NCBI RefSeq assembly: GCF_044704955.1
Contig: NC_091999.1
Span: 11,594,001-11,658,000, forward strand
Length of the DNA stretch: 64,000 nt
Reading direction: 5' to 3'
DNA from: Pristiophorus japonicus
Lineage: Eukaryota
The position numbers were made by a program, and so were the translations under genes. Positions 1 through 11,300 of this stretch are shown here, in pieces. Position 1 is the stretch's first letter. Each line of letters begins with the position of its first letter. The notes beneath the pieces are model-generated. The model was not told the origin of the DNA. It ran no database searches and was given only the letters and a program-made list of their open reading frames with translations.

Positions 1-14
1 ACCATATTTCACAA

Positions 15-240
15 TGAGAGAGAGGGAGAGAAAGAATGAGAGGAATAGACAGAGAGAAGGAGACTGAGAGAGAGAGAGGGAGAGAAAGAGAGAGCGAGAG
101 AGATTAATAGAGACAGAGAGAGATTGATAGAGAGAGACAGAGAGAGAGAGAGAGAGAGTGAGAGTGAGAGAGAGCCCGTGACACAGATAGAGATACCAAA
201 TTAAAGAGACATATATATAAAGAGAGACAAAGAAACACAC
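15..240. repeat. (GA)n-rich low-complexity tract marking the cassette boundary
   Basis: Long GAGA runs; homologous tracts at ~20170-20345 and ~57485-57660. Confidence 0.9.
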
Positions 241-465
241 AAACAGTCATGGACAGAGTTTGGGGAGATCCTGCAGCAATTGGGCACAACTAACAATCAT
301 TGGTGCAGAGCTGAAGGCAGTTCTGAGAGACCAGCCAACCCTGTCCCTGGGAAACGCCCCTCAATTTGTCAATAAGTGAAGCCTGCCCTGAATTGGGTTT
401 GAAATTTAATATCGCACATATTTAGAACATTCTGTTATTTTCTATCAGACTCTAATCCAGACACT

Positions 466-900
466 CTGTATTCCCGGTATTCGTTATTGAAAATAATGGT
501 CGTGTTGCCCCTTAAGTCTATGTTTAAATCGTCTGTGTGTGTTTCTTGTTTTAAATTCACTCCCAGACTTTTGACGCATAATGTATTTTTTAACAGGAAC
601 GAATGGCGAAGATTCAGTGTCCAAGGATCCGGCAGAATTAACAGTTCAGGAAGGATAGACAATAATACTCAATTGCAGTTACCCCACATCCGATAGCTTT
701 CCCTACCTCTTCTGGTATATCAAATATCCCGGGGAAGCTCCGAGATATTTAATGAATAGGTACGACAAGGGGCAAGGAGATGTCTCCAGACCTCAAAGAC
801 CGGAACTCTGCATATTTGGACCAAGACATGAAATCGTTTCCTGTACATGTTTCCGGGGCTTTTGTCTCTGACTCTGCTGTGTATCACTGTGCGCTACGCC
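466..900 (+). pseudogene. TCR alpha/delta-type V segment, family A copy 1 (pseudogene)
   Basis: Homologous to intact A2. Start ATG>CTG (466), donor GT>TT, V exon from 597 with in-frame TAG at 656-658, ends DSAVYHCALR. Degenerate RSS CAAACTA(901)-23-GCAAAAAAC(931-939). Confidence 0.9.
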
Positions 901-1361
901 CAAACTATGACAGGGGTGCAGTGAGCCTGTGCAAAAAACAGCCAAAGACTCTCCTCTCCTATCACTGAATCAGACCTGTGACCTGGATTGTGAACTAACA
1001 ATGGAACACAAGCCAAAGTATAAAGACTAGTTTCGCTAAATGACGAATTTCTCTTCTGTAGACTCTGTGAAATTCTATGCAATATCACCTTTATATTATC
1101 TGGTTCTAATGATCAGTGAGCAGCTCATTAAAACGGAGCATCAAGCACTGATACCAAAAGAACATATCCCTTCACTGCCTCCACCGCATATACTGCCCCC
1201 GTAAAAGTGCCAAATTTGAGTTCAATCCCCTGTTAAAGGGCCAACATTGGGTTTAATCCATTTTGTTTCATCCCCAGGCAGTTCTCCGTTGCGAAAATGT
1301 TTTCACTGCTTTCCCTGCTGCCCGCTCTGACGTTGTGAAATGCAGAGCAAACGATCTGTGA

Positions 1362-1590
1362 GCTGATTGGATGAATTGGAGAACAAAATGCAGTCAGCAG
1401 ATTGGTTGACTTGGGGAACAAAGGGCTGTCAGATGATTGGAAGAATTGGAGAACAAAGGAGCTGAAGTCTGATTGCCTGAAATAGTGAACAAGGGAACTG
1501 TGAACTGATAGGATGATTGGAGAGGCGAGGACATGTGAGTTGATTGTATATCACCTGCTGTCTCTGTCAAGAACGATCCAATCAGCAGAG
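1362..1590 (+). promoter_or_regulatory. Putative promoter of V family B: ~35-bp tandem units with ATTGG (reverse CCAAT) and AACAAAG-like motifs
   Basis: GATTGG-like starts at ~1365, 1400, 1435, 1471, 1507, 1542, upstream of leader ATG 1676. Conserved at ~21428-21650, ~33473-33700 and ~58795-59020. Confidence 0.55.
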
Positions 1591-1675
1591 AGGCCGGATA
1601 TTAATCAGCATCTCCCCACTCTTAACGAAAAACATTTTCAGGTTCAACCCGTTCTGCTGAAAGCCGCCATCAAAC

Positions 1676-2575
1676 ATGTTGGATGTTACTTTTTATTTGT
1701 GCATCACAGCTGCAGCTCTCTTAACTGGTAAGTTCACAAGTTGCACAACACTGTGTTGCACATCTACATCATACATTGCAATTAATAGGTCACTACCCTG
1801 AAAACAACAATATCAACAGATTGATCCGAAATGAAGACCATCAGGATGCACCTTGACTCATCACTGAATAATCTTTGGGGAAATTCGCCAAAATCCCGCA
1901 GTGAGGGAAAGCGGTTGAGATCAGATGAGATTGCAGGTGAATGACAGACAGTCTCGCCAGGCCCGCCGATACCAATGACCAACTTTGACAGACACAGAGG
2001 TACTAAAACCACAGACCGTTTAGAGTTTTTCCTTCACATCACAAGTGGCGAAGGTGAGGAATGGATCCCGCTGAAGCTTTATTAAAGGAGGTTTTATTCA
2101 TTCGATCCAACCACCTCCCCTTGCAGCCTTTGAGCTGTGGGGAAATGTAATTCTGCTGAACTGCTCAGAGTTACTTCTCAGTTAAGTGTTGGGAGTGACG
2201 GGGTGATTCTTGGGTATGAGACAGTGAATTGATATTGTTTAATTAAATATCGCTCTGGGCTCTTGCAGGACATTGTCGAGGAGACTCCGTTTCACAGACA
2301 CCGGATGTAACCACAGTAAGTGAAGGAGATGATGTCCAGTTCCATTGTAATTATACAGCTACAAGCAACCTCGCTCCTTATCTATACTGGTACCGTCAGT
2401 ATCCCAGCGGATCCATAGAATATCTGCTGCACAGAACCAAATACAGTGAGGAAAAGGAGAGATTTCCAGGGGACCGTTTTTCAGCGAAGCTCAATGATTT
2501 GAGCCGAACCGTCCCACTGAATGTGTCTGAAACACAACTGACAGACTCCGCGGTGTATTACTGCGCACTGAGCCC
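1676..2575 (+). CDS. TCR alpha/delta-type V segment, family B copy 1 (apparently functional; exons 1676-1727 and 2269-2575)
   Basis: Leader MLDVTFYLCITAAALLT|G with GTAAGT donor. V exon GHCRGDSVSQTPDVTTVSEGDDVQFHCNYTATSNLAPYLYWYRQYPSGSIEYLLHRTKYSEEKERFPGDRFSAKLNDLSRTVPLNVSETQLTDSAVYYCALSP is open with Cys23/Trp41/Cys104. Missed by the ORF track because the exon has no start codon. Confidence 0.93.
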
Positions 2576-2614
2576 CACAGAGACACAGAGTTGGTCTGGC
2601 CCTGTACATAAACT
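2576..2614 (+). other. 23-RSS of V B1
   Basis: CACAGAG + 23 nt + ACATAAACT directly after YYCALSP. Confidence 0.9.
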
Positions 2615-2802
2615 GTCAGAGCATCGCTCAACAGATCAGCGCATCAGGGGAACATTGTGATCAGGGGAATATCTGAGCTAGTCCCTGTATTTATGGTCGG
2701 ACATTGTACTTTTAATTCTCGTATGTATTTACCTTTACTCAGTGAACTATATCTTGCTGGCACACAAGTGAAATGGGAGGAAAGAAAGCAAGAAGAAAGA
2801 AA

Positions 2803-3215
2803 TTGCATGCATACAGCGTTTTCCCGACCTCAGCATGTCGCAAAGCCTCGCACAATGTTACCACTACGTTTTAGAAATGTCATAACTTTTGTAATGTAGG
2901 AAACGCGGCAGCCAATCTGCGCATAGCATGATCACACGAGGAGCAATGTTGTTTATTTTTACCATAGTATGTTATTAGTGATGTTGATTGAGGTTAAATA
3001 TTGGCTGGAAAGCATGGGTGTCCCTTTGCTCTTTTTCCATGTAGTGACATTGTGATGTTTTACAAATACCTGAGAGTGAGGATAGGATTAACGTCCCATG
3101 CGAAAGACTCCATCTCCAATAATTCAGCATTCCTTGGCTACTCCACTGAAATATCAGCCTAGATTACGTGCTCAGGTCTCCGGACTGACATGTGATCCCT
3201 CAACAGCTGACACCA
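2803..3215 (-). mobile_element. Deu-domain SINE-like repeat (SacSINE1/AmnSINE1-type), decayed
   Basis: Contains AATGTAGGAAACGCGGCAGCCAAT and CAGCCTAGATTA..GTGCTCAGGTCTC, which I recall as the reverse complement of the DeuSINE consensus. Paralogs at ~22845-23250, ~34997-35405 and ~60184-60590. Confidence 0.6.
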
Positions 3216-3891
3216 AATACTTGCAGATTCGACCTTGTTCTATTCACTCCAGCATATAATTATCTTTATTAATAATAAATATTATATCTATACACAAATG
3301 CTGATCGATGAGTGAAATGACATTTTAGAGGGAACCTGGCTGATAACTGGCAGGCAGATGTAAAACGGCCTCCAGAGGCCCCGGTTTCTGTCACTGAGCA
3401 AGGGGACTAAATTGCATCAGCATTACCGCAATGCAGCTACAGACACAAAGGAATCACTGGAGTTGGGAAATGCAGGAGGATATGTAAGTGCAACCATAAA
3501 TGTTACAGGAGAATGTACCTAATGCTCTCGATGAGTCGTCAGACACAAGCATAAAATAAACCAACACTCAGCAAAGTGATTGACTCGGACCTGGTGAATA
3601 TAATCCCACAATTAAACAATGCCAAAGCTTTCCTCACACCAAAGTTTGCAATCATTGAGCGACTGGCTCCACAGACCAGCATTTTACGCTGTGACTGTCA
3701 ATATATCTGATCAAACCCGCTAGCAACTGAAAATTTTGAGACAAGCCTTGTGGTAACACTGCTTGCGGCAACCCTGCCCTCAGCTTCTGTTTGCTGCTCT
3801 CTCTGACCCGGTTTACGTGCCCTGTGCTATTGAAGAGATTGCTGCAGCTGTTACGGGACTCTGAATAGGAACGCGGTTGTTATGCAGTGTG

Positions 3892-4322
3892 TGGCTCTAT
3901 CGCACAGTAATACACCATGATATCCGTGATCTCCGAGCTCTCAATGAGCAATTGGGCATGATTATCTGCAGTGAAGAAACCTTATTCCAATCTGTCCCTG
4001 CTGCCTTTGCCATCCGATGCTCCCATTATTATCCACTCAACTCGCTGACTATATTTCTATTTCTACCAGTGCATGGCGCAAATGCTAGACATGTCATAGC
4101 TGCAGTTTCTCTGCACCAAATCCCCGCGGTGGACTGTTATCACGGCGGGAGACTGCAGCACACGGTCCGAGAAACACCGACATGTAAAAACATTGAAATA
4201 ATAAAATACTGGAGCTAGATTACTTTAAAAAAAATTATGGTTTATTGAGCTCAGCACCTGTACCTACATGTTAGCAGAAGCAGAATAAAGAGGAACAGAT
4301 TCATTTCTACCGAATAATACAT
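3892..4322 (-). pseudogene. V segment family C copy 1 (pseudogene)
   Basis: Leader ATG 4322, acceptor AG>AT at ~4182, stops after HW (TGG TAG AAA TAG), ends VYYCAIEP. Heptamer CACACTG (3891-3885) with the spacer deleted. Confidence 0.9.
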
Positions 4323-5054
4323 CCTGGTGATTACAATGTCAGAAGAAAGTGACACGCAGATCGCATCAGAAGACGCCGAATCGAGTGAAGGCATTGAACA
4401 GGCGGCTGATTAAAGATATCGCCGCCCAGTAAAAGTTTCAGTCACGTCGATTTTCTGCTCTTGGATTGGATGGAAATGAACATTGTTCACCCGCGGTTCA
4501 CATCCGGATATGTGATCTAATGACCAGCAAGTTTATCTCCTCCTTGTGGAGCGAAGTGACGTGAAACCCATCCCTTTGTGACAGTGACTTTCTGAGGGAC
4601 GTTCCTGTCGTTGGATGTTTGGAACCAAGTCAATCTCTAGGTAATCCTTTCCAAATAGAATGGATGGAGCCTTTGGGTCAGTACCCCACTGATGAGTTTA
4701 AACATTTCGGACGCTCTGATTACCGAATTATTGGAGCCTCTGGATCTGCATTCCACAGAGAAGTCAACCCATTCAGCGCAGTCTGATTAACCCTTTCCTT
4801 ACAGAATGTTTGGATGATCTGAAAATGTGCCCCACTGCAGTAACAGCAGAGATCCAGCCTTTCTTTACAGTAGCAGAAAGTAGCAATGCGGCGACTCAGC
4901 CGTTGGGTTCTGTGGCAGGTATTTCTGAAAATCCAAGCTGGCTGCAGTCTATGTCCTTATACAAGAATGGTTCCATATTTAGAGACCGGGGCGGGAATGA
5001 AATCCATATCTAGGTTCTGTAACCGGGAAGCACAGGATTGTTAAAGCGTTTAGT

Positions 5055-5470
5055 GCACATAAGAAGATAAGAATTAAGAGTGGGATTAGGCTCTCCGGCT
5101 ATTTGAGCCTTCTCTGCCATTCAATAAGATCATGGCTGATCTTCGACCGCAACTCCAATTTCCCACCTGACCCCCGCATCTCTTGATTTACCTCAAGTCC
5201 AAAACTCGATCTATATCAGCCTTGAATATATTCAACGAATCAGCTTCCACAGGCTTTTGTTGCAGAGAATTTTCAAGATTCACTACCCTTCGAGTGAAGG
5301 AATTCCTCCTCATCTCGATATTAAATGGCAGACTCATTGTCCTGAGATGATGACTCCATTTTTGGACTCTTCAGCCAAGGGAGACAACCTCTCAGTACCT
5401 ACCCTGTTAATCCCCTTCAGAATCTTACATGTTTCAATGAGGTCACCTCTCATTCTCCTAAACTCCAGAG
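5055..5470 (-). mobile_element. CR1-type LINE 3' fragment
   Basis: Reverse complement resembles the ORF2 C-terminus/3'UTR of the CR1s at 42-46.5 kb and 12.3-13.9 kb. Paralogs at ~25043-25455, ~37267-37680 and ~62420-62810. Confidence 0.75.
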
Positions 5471-6011
5471 TGTGCAGTTTTATTTCGGGGTATTTTAATT
5501 TTCAAGAATTCTGTTCGTTTTACTGCAGACTGTTGTTAATCATTACTCTCGTGAGCTTTCACTCACGGTTCAGTTCACTGGTGAACTAACAATGATACTG
5601 AATTCTACCGTTGCTATTTGATTAGTTTAATTATTTATACATCTGTGCCTGTCTGTCCATTCCAGTAGTGACACAATTGTTTTCTTTTCAACGGTCTCTT
5701 GGTCTATCCCTCTATCCATCTTATTGCCTAGCAACATGTCTGTCAACTTGTCTGCCCGCCAGCCTGTCTCGCTCACTCGATCTCTCTGTCTGTGTGTCTG
5801 ACTGTCTGTATTACTTTCTCTGTCTCTATGTCTCTGTTTATTCTCCTGCCTAACTATCAATATATAGCCATTAATATGATGCTTGCTAGTTATATCTCTT
5901 TGTCTCTCTGTATTTACTCAAATATATTGAAAGATATATTCTCAAAGAAAGACAAACCTGTGGTCTGTGCTTTACGCTGTTTCCATGGGTAATCAGGATT
6001 GTTTTCTGCAG

Positions 6012-6260
6012 GATTAATTTCTGGAGACTCGGTCGAGCAGTGGCCAACAGGTGCCCAATATCTGGAAGGAACCTAAATGAAAATTACTTGTAATTATTCC
6101 ACCGCCCAATCGAGCTAGTACCTGGAGCTTTACCGTCAGGATCAGTACAAGGCTTCCACTCTCGTAATTGGAAAGGACGAAGATAACGGCCGTTTCTCTG
6201 CCATTCTGAAAAATTCGGAAACTATTGCTGTTGTCACTCCTCCTCATGTACAATACTTTA
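6012..6260 (+). pseudogene. V segment family D copy 1 (truncated pseudogene)
   Basis: Acceptor TGCAG then GLISGDSVEQWPTGAQYLEGT*MKITCNYSTAQSS*YLELYRQ..GRFSAILKN; end of FR3 and heptamer are missing. Confidence 0.8.
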
Positions 6261-6884
6261 CCCTTTTCTAGATTAAGTTACATGAAACAGAATCGTCTCT
6301 CTTTTTGCTGGCTCAGGTGGGTGAGTACATTCATCGCGACCGCTACTGTTAAAGTCTTGCCTTGCATTCCGCAGCCCCTCGTGCCAGATTAGCGAATCTG
6401 TCTGACACACACTCCAGTTACGCACCAGAAATGGAGACAGTTTAATCACTTTTGTCAGGGCCGGGTTTGAACACGGAATACCAGAGCATGATAGGATTGC
6501 TTCGTACCCATTGCCAGGAACCGCCATAGTGAACAGACACCAGTCACTTCTGATGTTAACAAAGTGACACCAGAATAAATATCGGGCGTGTCGGTGAAGA
6601 ACGCATCAGCGATCTGATTATTGAATGCTGAAGAACAACGCAATAAAGATCAAATGCCTCTCCCAGACGCTGGCAAATTATAACATCTGTTATCGAACGT
6701 ACCAAATATACATACAGATATTCAAACAATCGATATCACAGGAATTTCAGAACCAATATCTTGCAATTCAATGCATCGAAGTGGGACATTCAGATTCTTA
6801 TTTTCATGTTACTATTCTGACTTCAGAAGACTGGATTGGAAAGTAAACCTGTTGAACATGTTGAGTGTTTGTCTTTTATAGCAG

Positions 6885-7210
6885 GGGTCCGTGGTGAGGA
6901 TGGAATATCCAAATCCGAGCAGGTGACAGTGGCGGAGGGACAATCAATTCAAATTCAGAGCGATGTGACCATCAGAAGTAGCGATAAGTGTTTATCGTTC
7001 CGGTAATTACCGCGCCGGGCACCGGAATTTACAATCTCCGTCTATCAGGCTAATAAAACCGACGAGAGTGGACGGTTCAATTTGTTTGTTGACAGAAAGA
7101 GTGGTGATAATATTTTCGGTGTGCAGAAAGCCACGGCTTCAGACTCCTGGCTGTATTACTGTGCGAAGATGCACACTGAGACAAACGGTCATACATCCTG
7201 TACAATAACT
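6885..7210 (+). pseudogene. V segment family E copy 1 (pseudogene) with intact 23-RSS
   Basis: GVRGEDGISKSEQVTVAEGQSIQIQS(Cys23 lost)..CLSFR*..GRFNLFVDRKSGDNIFGVQKATASDSWLYYCAK. RSS CACACTG(7172)-23-ACAATAACT(7202-7210). Confidence 0.85.
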
Positions 7211-8120
7211 TTAATTTCTCTCAATCTTCGAGATCATGATATTTATTCTCATTATCTTGCGTCTCCCTTTCGAAGACAAAGCTTCTGAATGGCATTATTG
7301 TCATTTAGTGTCATTTGACAAAGATGTACAGGGTTAAAGAAATGGTTAATATGGTCTCCAATTTAAGGGACTGCATTTATTCAGTAAACGTGATTTCACT
7401 GGGATAGATCAAATATGGTGGTTTCATATTATTAAATATAATCATTTGGGAAGCTACCAGGGATGGCCCATAAATGCTGGCCTTGCCAGCGACACAGGCA
7501 TACAGGAATTAAACATAACTTTGTATAACATTATATTGCGTTTTCAGTTTTATTATTTAGTGTTACTCCAAATGAAATGAATGAAAATGGAAGTTATTAC
7601 AATATTTACATCTACGGGGGTTTAATTTCTCCCTGCAGTAAACATCCTCTTCACAGTAAAATAATTAGGAAAACAACCCAAGTAATTCTGGGAGTGAATA
7701 CTTCGTTTGACAATTTCAACAAATATACATTTACTGGAAAGCATCACCATGTGGCACACCTGTCCATCAAAGGTTTTCACGTTGATACAGGACTTAAAGC
7801 ACGAAAAAAATTGCCGCTTCTGTTTGTCTAAGACAATGAACGCATCGAGACTACAGAGACCATATGGACGTTACGGTAACGAGGTAAATATTCATTTAAA
7901 GGAGTAAAGGAGGAAAAAGATTTAGGGGTTCAGATTCAGAAAGTTTGGAATAAGCTGGAAGATTCTATGATTCCTAGACTGCGATAACTATTTGAGATAG
8001 AAATGCGACACAGATCAAATCTTCCTCAAAGTTTAATCTGTCGTCAGACACAGCTATCAGAGGAACGGTTCAAGAGTTCGTTGTTTTTAGAGGCAGCCAA
8101 TCCACGAGTGGGACTGTGAA

Positions 8121-8128
8121 TGACGTCA
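8121..8128. promoter_or_regulatory. CRE palindrome TGACGTCA upstream of V family F
   Basis: Exact TGACGTCA ~280 bp 5' of leader ATG 8402. CRE-like elements are known from TCR V promoters. The paralog at ~40300 reads TGAAGTCA. Confidence 0.35.
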
Positions 8129-8401
8129 GTTGACAACTTCTCATAATATGCCGAATGGTGAGACTGTCTCCCTTCAGTGTTGCACTGTACGGGGAGAATG
8201 TAAAGCCCTCCCCTCACATCCCTGTCATCACAATTGAAATTCTGGGAATAGGCAGCACCATGGAGTGTGGAAATCAGACCTTAATTGATCATCTTTTGTC
8301 CATCTTTCTCGTCATGAACAGGAACCTCCACAGGGAACTGATTCCAGTTGGCGCAATTGTGCTGTTGGTGTTGCGTGAGTTTATTTATCTGATCAGACGC
8401 C

Positions 8402-8779
8402 ATGTTATTACTAATATCTTATTACGTTGTGGTTGGTGAGTGACTTTGTTTTGCTCTCAGCCGTTCGTTGCGAGGATCTGAGCTCACATCCACAGCATGT
8501 GGTGTCTGGGGAAGGGGAATGGGTTGAACTGGACTTTCGGCTTTCCTTTGATGCTGGGGATAATGCAGCCTGGTACAGACAAGCACTGAGAGAACCCCTA
8601 ACATTTATAGGCTCGATATACCAGCGGAATGAGTCATTAAGGTGCAACAAACTGTCTTTTGACCGAACGAAGAAGTCCAACACCATCAATAGATGGCACC
8701 ACCACAAGAGACCCCGAAGTGTATCACTGTGCGGTGGGGACACAGAGAGGCAAAGGGCGGCTCCAGCTGCACAATAACT
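8402..8779 (+). pseudogene. V segment family F copy 1 (pseudogene) with 23-RSS and 25-nt residual leader intron
   Basis: ATG 8402, GTGAGT..CAG 8436-8460, AVRCEDL..ELDF(Cys23>Phe)..AAWYRQ, FR3 frameshift before DPEVYHCAVG. RSS CACAGAG(8741)-23-ACAATAACT(8771-8779). Confidence 0.85.
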
Positions 8780-9182
8780 TGTTTGATGTCGTCTTCCCGC
8801 TGCACCATCTAATTTTTCCAAAACAAGTTCTGTGAAATACCGGCGTTATTCAGAAATTGTATTTTCACATCTTTAAACTTTCACCTGTAAATTTACGACA
8901 TCTTATAGCAATAACTACTAACAATGTGCTTCAAAACATAGTAATTAAGTTTTCTATGTTTGGTTGTACAATACAGAGCAAATAGCTGGACAGATAGATA
9001 GATAGCTAGCTAGATAGCTATATAGCTAGAGAGCTAGCTAGATAGCTTGATGGCTAACCAGATTTGTAGCTAGCTAGAGATAGGTAGATAAATTGATTAA
9101 TTCAGTCTTCCCGTATTCAACCCATCTTATTACATTCTCCTTCCACTTATCTTCAATTTATTTCTTATTCCTGCTTTGACAG

Positions 9183-9504
9183 CTGCTCCTTGTCACTCGG
9201 TGAGATATGAAATATTGGTGTATTGGGAAACCGAGGGACAAACCACTTTGTTTCTTCACAAAACTACATTCGCTACAAATGTTTTCGTATTGTGGTACGG
9301 ACAGTTAACCACTCATTCTCCCTTATATCGCAGCTCCAGCTTCAGAAATAAAAGAGTTGCGGTCAGATCTAAAGCTTCAATGGACCATGGGAGGAATTCT
9401 CCACCACTGTCACCATGAACACGGATGGGCTGTCAGATGCCGCGATGCATTGCACTGCTGTGAGACACGGTTAAACAAAGAGGTGAGGAGCCTGTAACAG
9501 AAAT
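9183..9504 (+). pseudogene. Degenerate V segment family H copy 1
   Basis: Polypyrimidine tract and AG acceptor, LWYGQL, LSDAAMHCTAVR; RSS-like CACGGTT(9466)-23-AACAGAAAT. Confidence 0.65.
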
Positions 9505-9709
9505 CACTCATCGCGGGGAGTGAGGAGACCACGGGTGTCAAAAACGAGTGCGATACCAGTATCATCAGCAAAAGGGGAGCTCAAATGAAATACTTCATCA
9601 GAGCATTGGTTTTAACATAATACAAACAAGATTCATTGCTTATTTGGAAATGCAAATTATGTTTTCACAATTGCACCCAAATTAGACCCTGATCCAGGCA
9701 GAAGCTTAA

Positions 9710-10065
9710 CTTACCCCGTGCTGTGATTGCCCTGGGTGTATTTATTTGGATCGTACAGAGGCATGTTTACTGTGCATCTAACCTGTGCTGTAGCTGCCCT
9801 GGCAGTGTTTGTTGGGGCAGTGTAGAGGCAGCATTACTCTGCATCTAACTCGTGCTGTACCTGACCGATGAGTGTTTGATGGGATGGGGTAGAGGGAGCT
9901 TCACTTTGTATATAACCTGTGCTTCTCCTGCCCTGGGAGCAATTGATGGGCCAGTGAAGTGGGCGCTTTACTTTGTATCTAACCCGTGCTGTACCGGTCC
10001 TACGAGACGTTGGTGTGACATTGTAAAGTGAGCATTACTCTGTATCTAACCCATGTTGTTCCAGA
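9710..10065. repeat. Degenerate ~65-bp tandem repeat (TAACCCGTGCTGTACC...TTTACTCTGTATC)
   Basis: About 5-6 diverged units; the paralog at ~42080-42115 plus 46531-46855 is split by the CR1 insertion. Confidence 0.75.
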
Positions 10066-10506
10066 GTGGAATTGTTTTATATGCAATGTTGATAAACGTG
10101 ATGAGGAATATATATTGATTGTGTTTTGATACAACATTCAGCTTAATCGTCAAGAGCGGAACGTTAATCGCCTTTGATTCGTGCAGCTCCAGTGCTTGAT
10201 CTCCACTTTTGATTATTGGAATTCATAATGACTTTCATTTTTACGAAATTAACATTTGATAGTTATGAATTCTGCTATTATTAAAGTGAAGTCCATCTAG
10301 TTTATGCAAATAAATGGGTGTTAGTGACCTGGGCAAAGTAAAAAAAAAACTGAGACATGAACTCTCAAACTTAATATAAACAGCAAAGGCAGAAAAATCA
10401 GGGCAATAAAATGGCAGCTGTTACAGTCATAATCATAGCAAACTAATAACAATAATAATCTGACAATAATAATCCAGAATAATAACGCAGCAGTGTTTTT
10501 TATAAG

Positions 10507-10710
10507 TTGAGAACCAATGTTTCACAGAGCAGACTCGCTTTACCTCCTGTCGCCTCTGGATGGTGCTCCAAAACCTCATATTTGGCCAAAACATACAGAT
10601 CCGTCAGTTTACTGGTTTCACAGGTGACAGCTAGGGATTCCCGCAAACACCTCTGTGTCCTTTCACCGCACATAGCTTTGTATTTAGGGCAAGTGGCTAT
10701 ACACAAATAA
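10507..10710 (+). pseudogene. V relic family G copy 1 (FR1 fused to FR3)
   Basis: NVSQSRLALP...SVSLLVSQVTARDSRKHLCVLSP followed by heptamer-like CACATAG (10669); the middle of the domain is missing. Confidence 0.5.
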
Positions 10711-10859
10711 CAGGTGTTACGAAGTTGGACAAGAGAATGAAAGTGAACCCACGATATCTCTCTTTCATGGTTCAATGTCACTGCATGGTACAATGGGGGA
10801 GGGTATCACTGCCTCAGTCCAAAATTGTTATTCAGTGTGTCATAAGCAGACAGTTGGGT

Positions 10860-11300
10860 GGATCTTACACTAGACCCTGTATTACTGCATTAGGATATGT
10901 ATCTGTTTATATTACCCAAAGCTGTCTCAGTTACTAGTGTGCGAGACCATTTCTCTGTTTATATTACACTGACCCTGTCTCAGTTATTACTGTACTCTCT
11001 CTTTATATCACACTGGATCCTGTCGCAGTTTATACTAGCCCATATCTCTAATTAAATCACACTATACCAAGTATCTGTTAATATTACACGAGGCCCTGTC
11101 TCTTTTTATATCGAAATAGGTCTTATCTCAGTTATAATGCACTTGACCCTGTTTCTGTTTACATTACACTATACCCTTCTCTCTGTATATATTACGCAAA
11201 ACCCTGTCACTGTTTATATTATACCAGACCCTGTCTCTGTTTATATTACACTAGACCCAGTTTCAGTTATTAATGCACTAGACCTTGTCTCTGTTTTCCC
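10860..11300. repeat. Degenerate ~27-30-bp minisatellite (TACACTAGACCCTGTCTCTGTTTATAT)
   Basis: Repeated ACCCTGTCTC/TTTATATTAC units; paralog at ~47655-48135. Confidence 0.8.

Noticed and set aside
1749-1755. CACTGTG as the heptamer of a D or J segment
   Set aside because: No nonamer at 12 or 23 nt and no FGxG motif; it lies in the B1 intron. I found no convincing D, J or C exon, or NAR-TCR V-D-J cassette, anywhere in the window.
7640-7830. Possible additional V relic (..VILGVNTSFDNFNKYTF..AHLSIKGFHVD), paralog ~39820-40000
   Set aside because: No Cys/Trp landmarks or RSS recognisable; it would need a profile-HMM search to support.
8155-8439. 94-95-aa ORF conserved in two units (also 40334-40621)
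   Set aside because: No recognisable domain; conservation is explained by the segmental duplication, and it overlaps the F promoter/leader.
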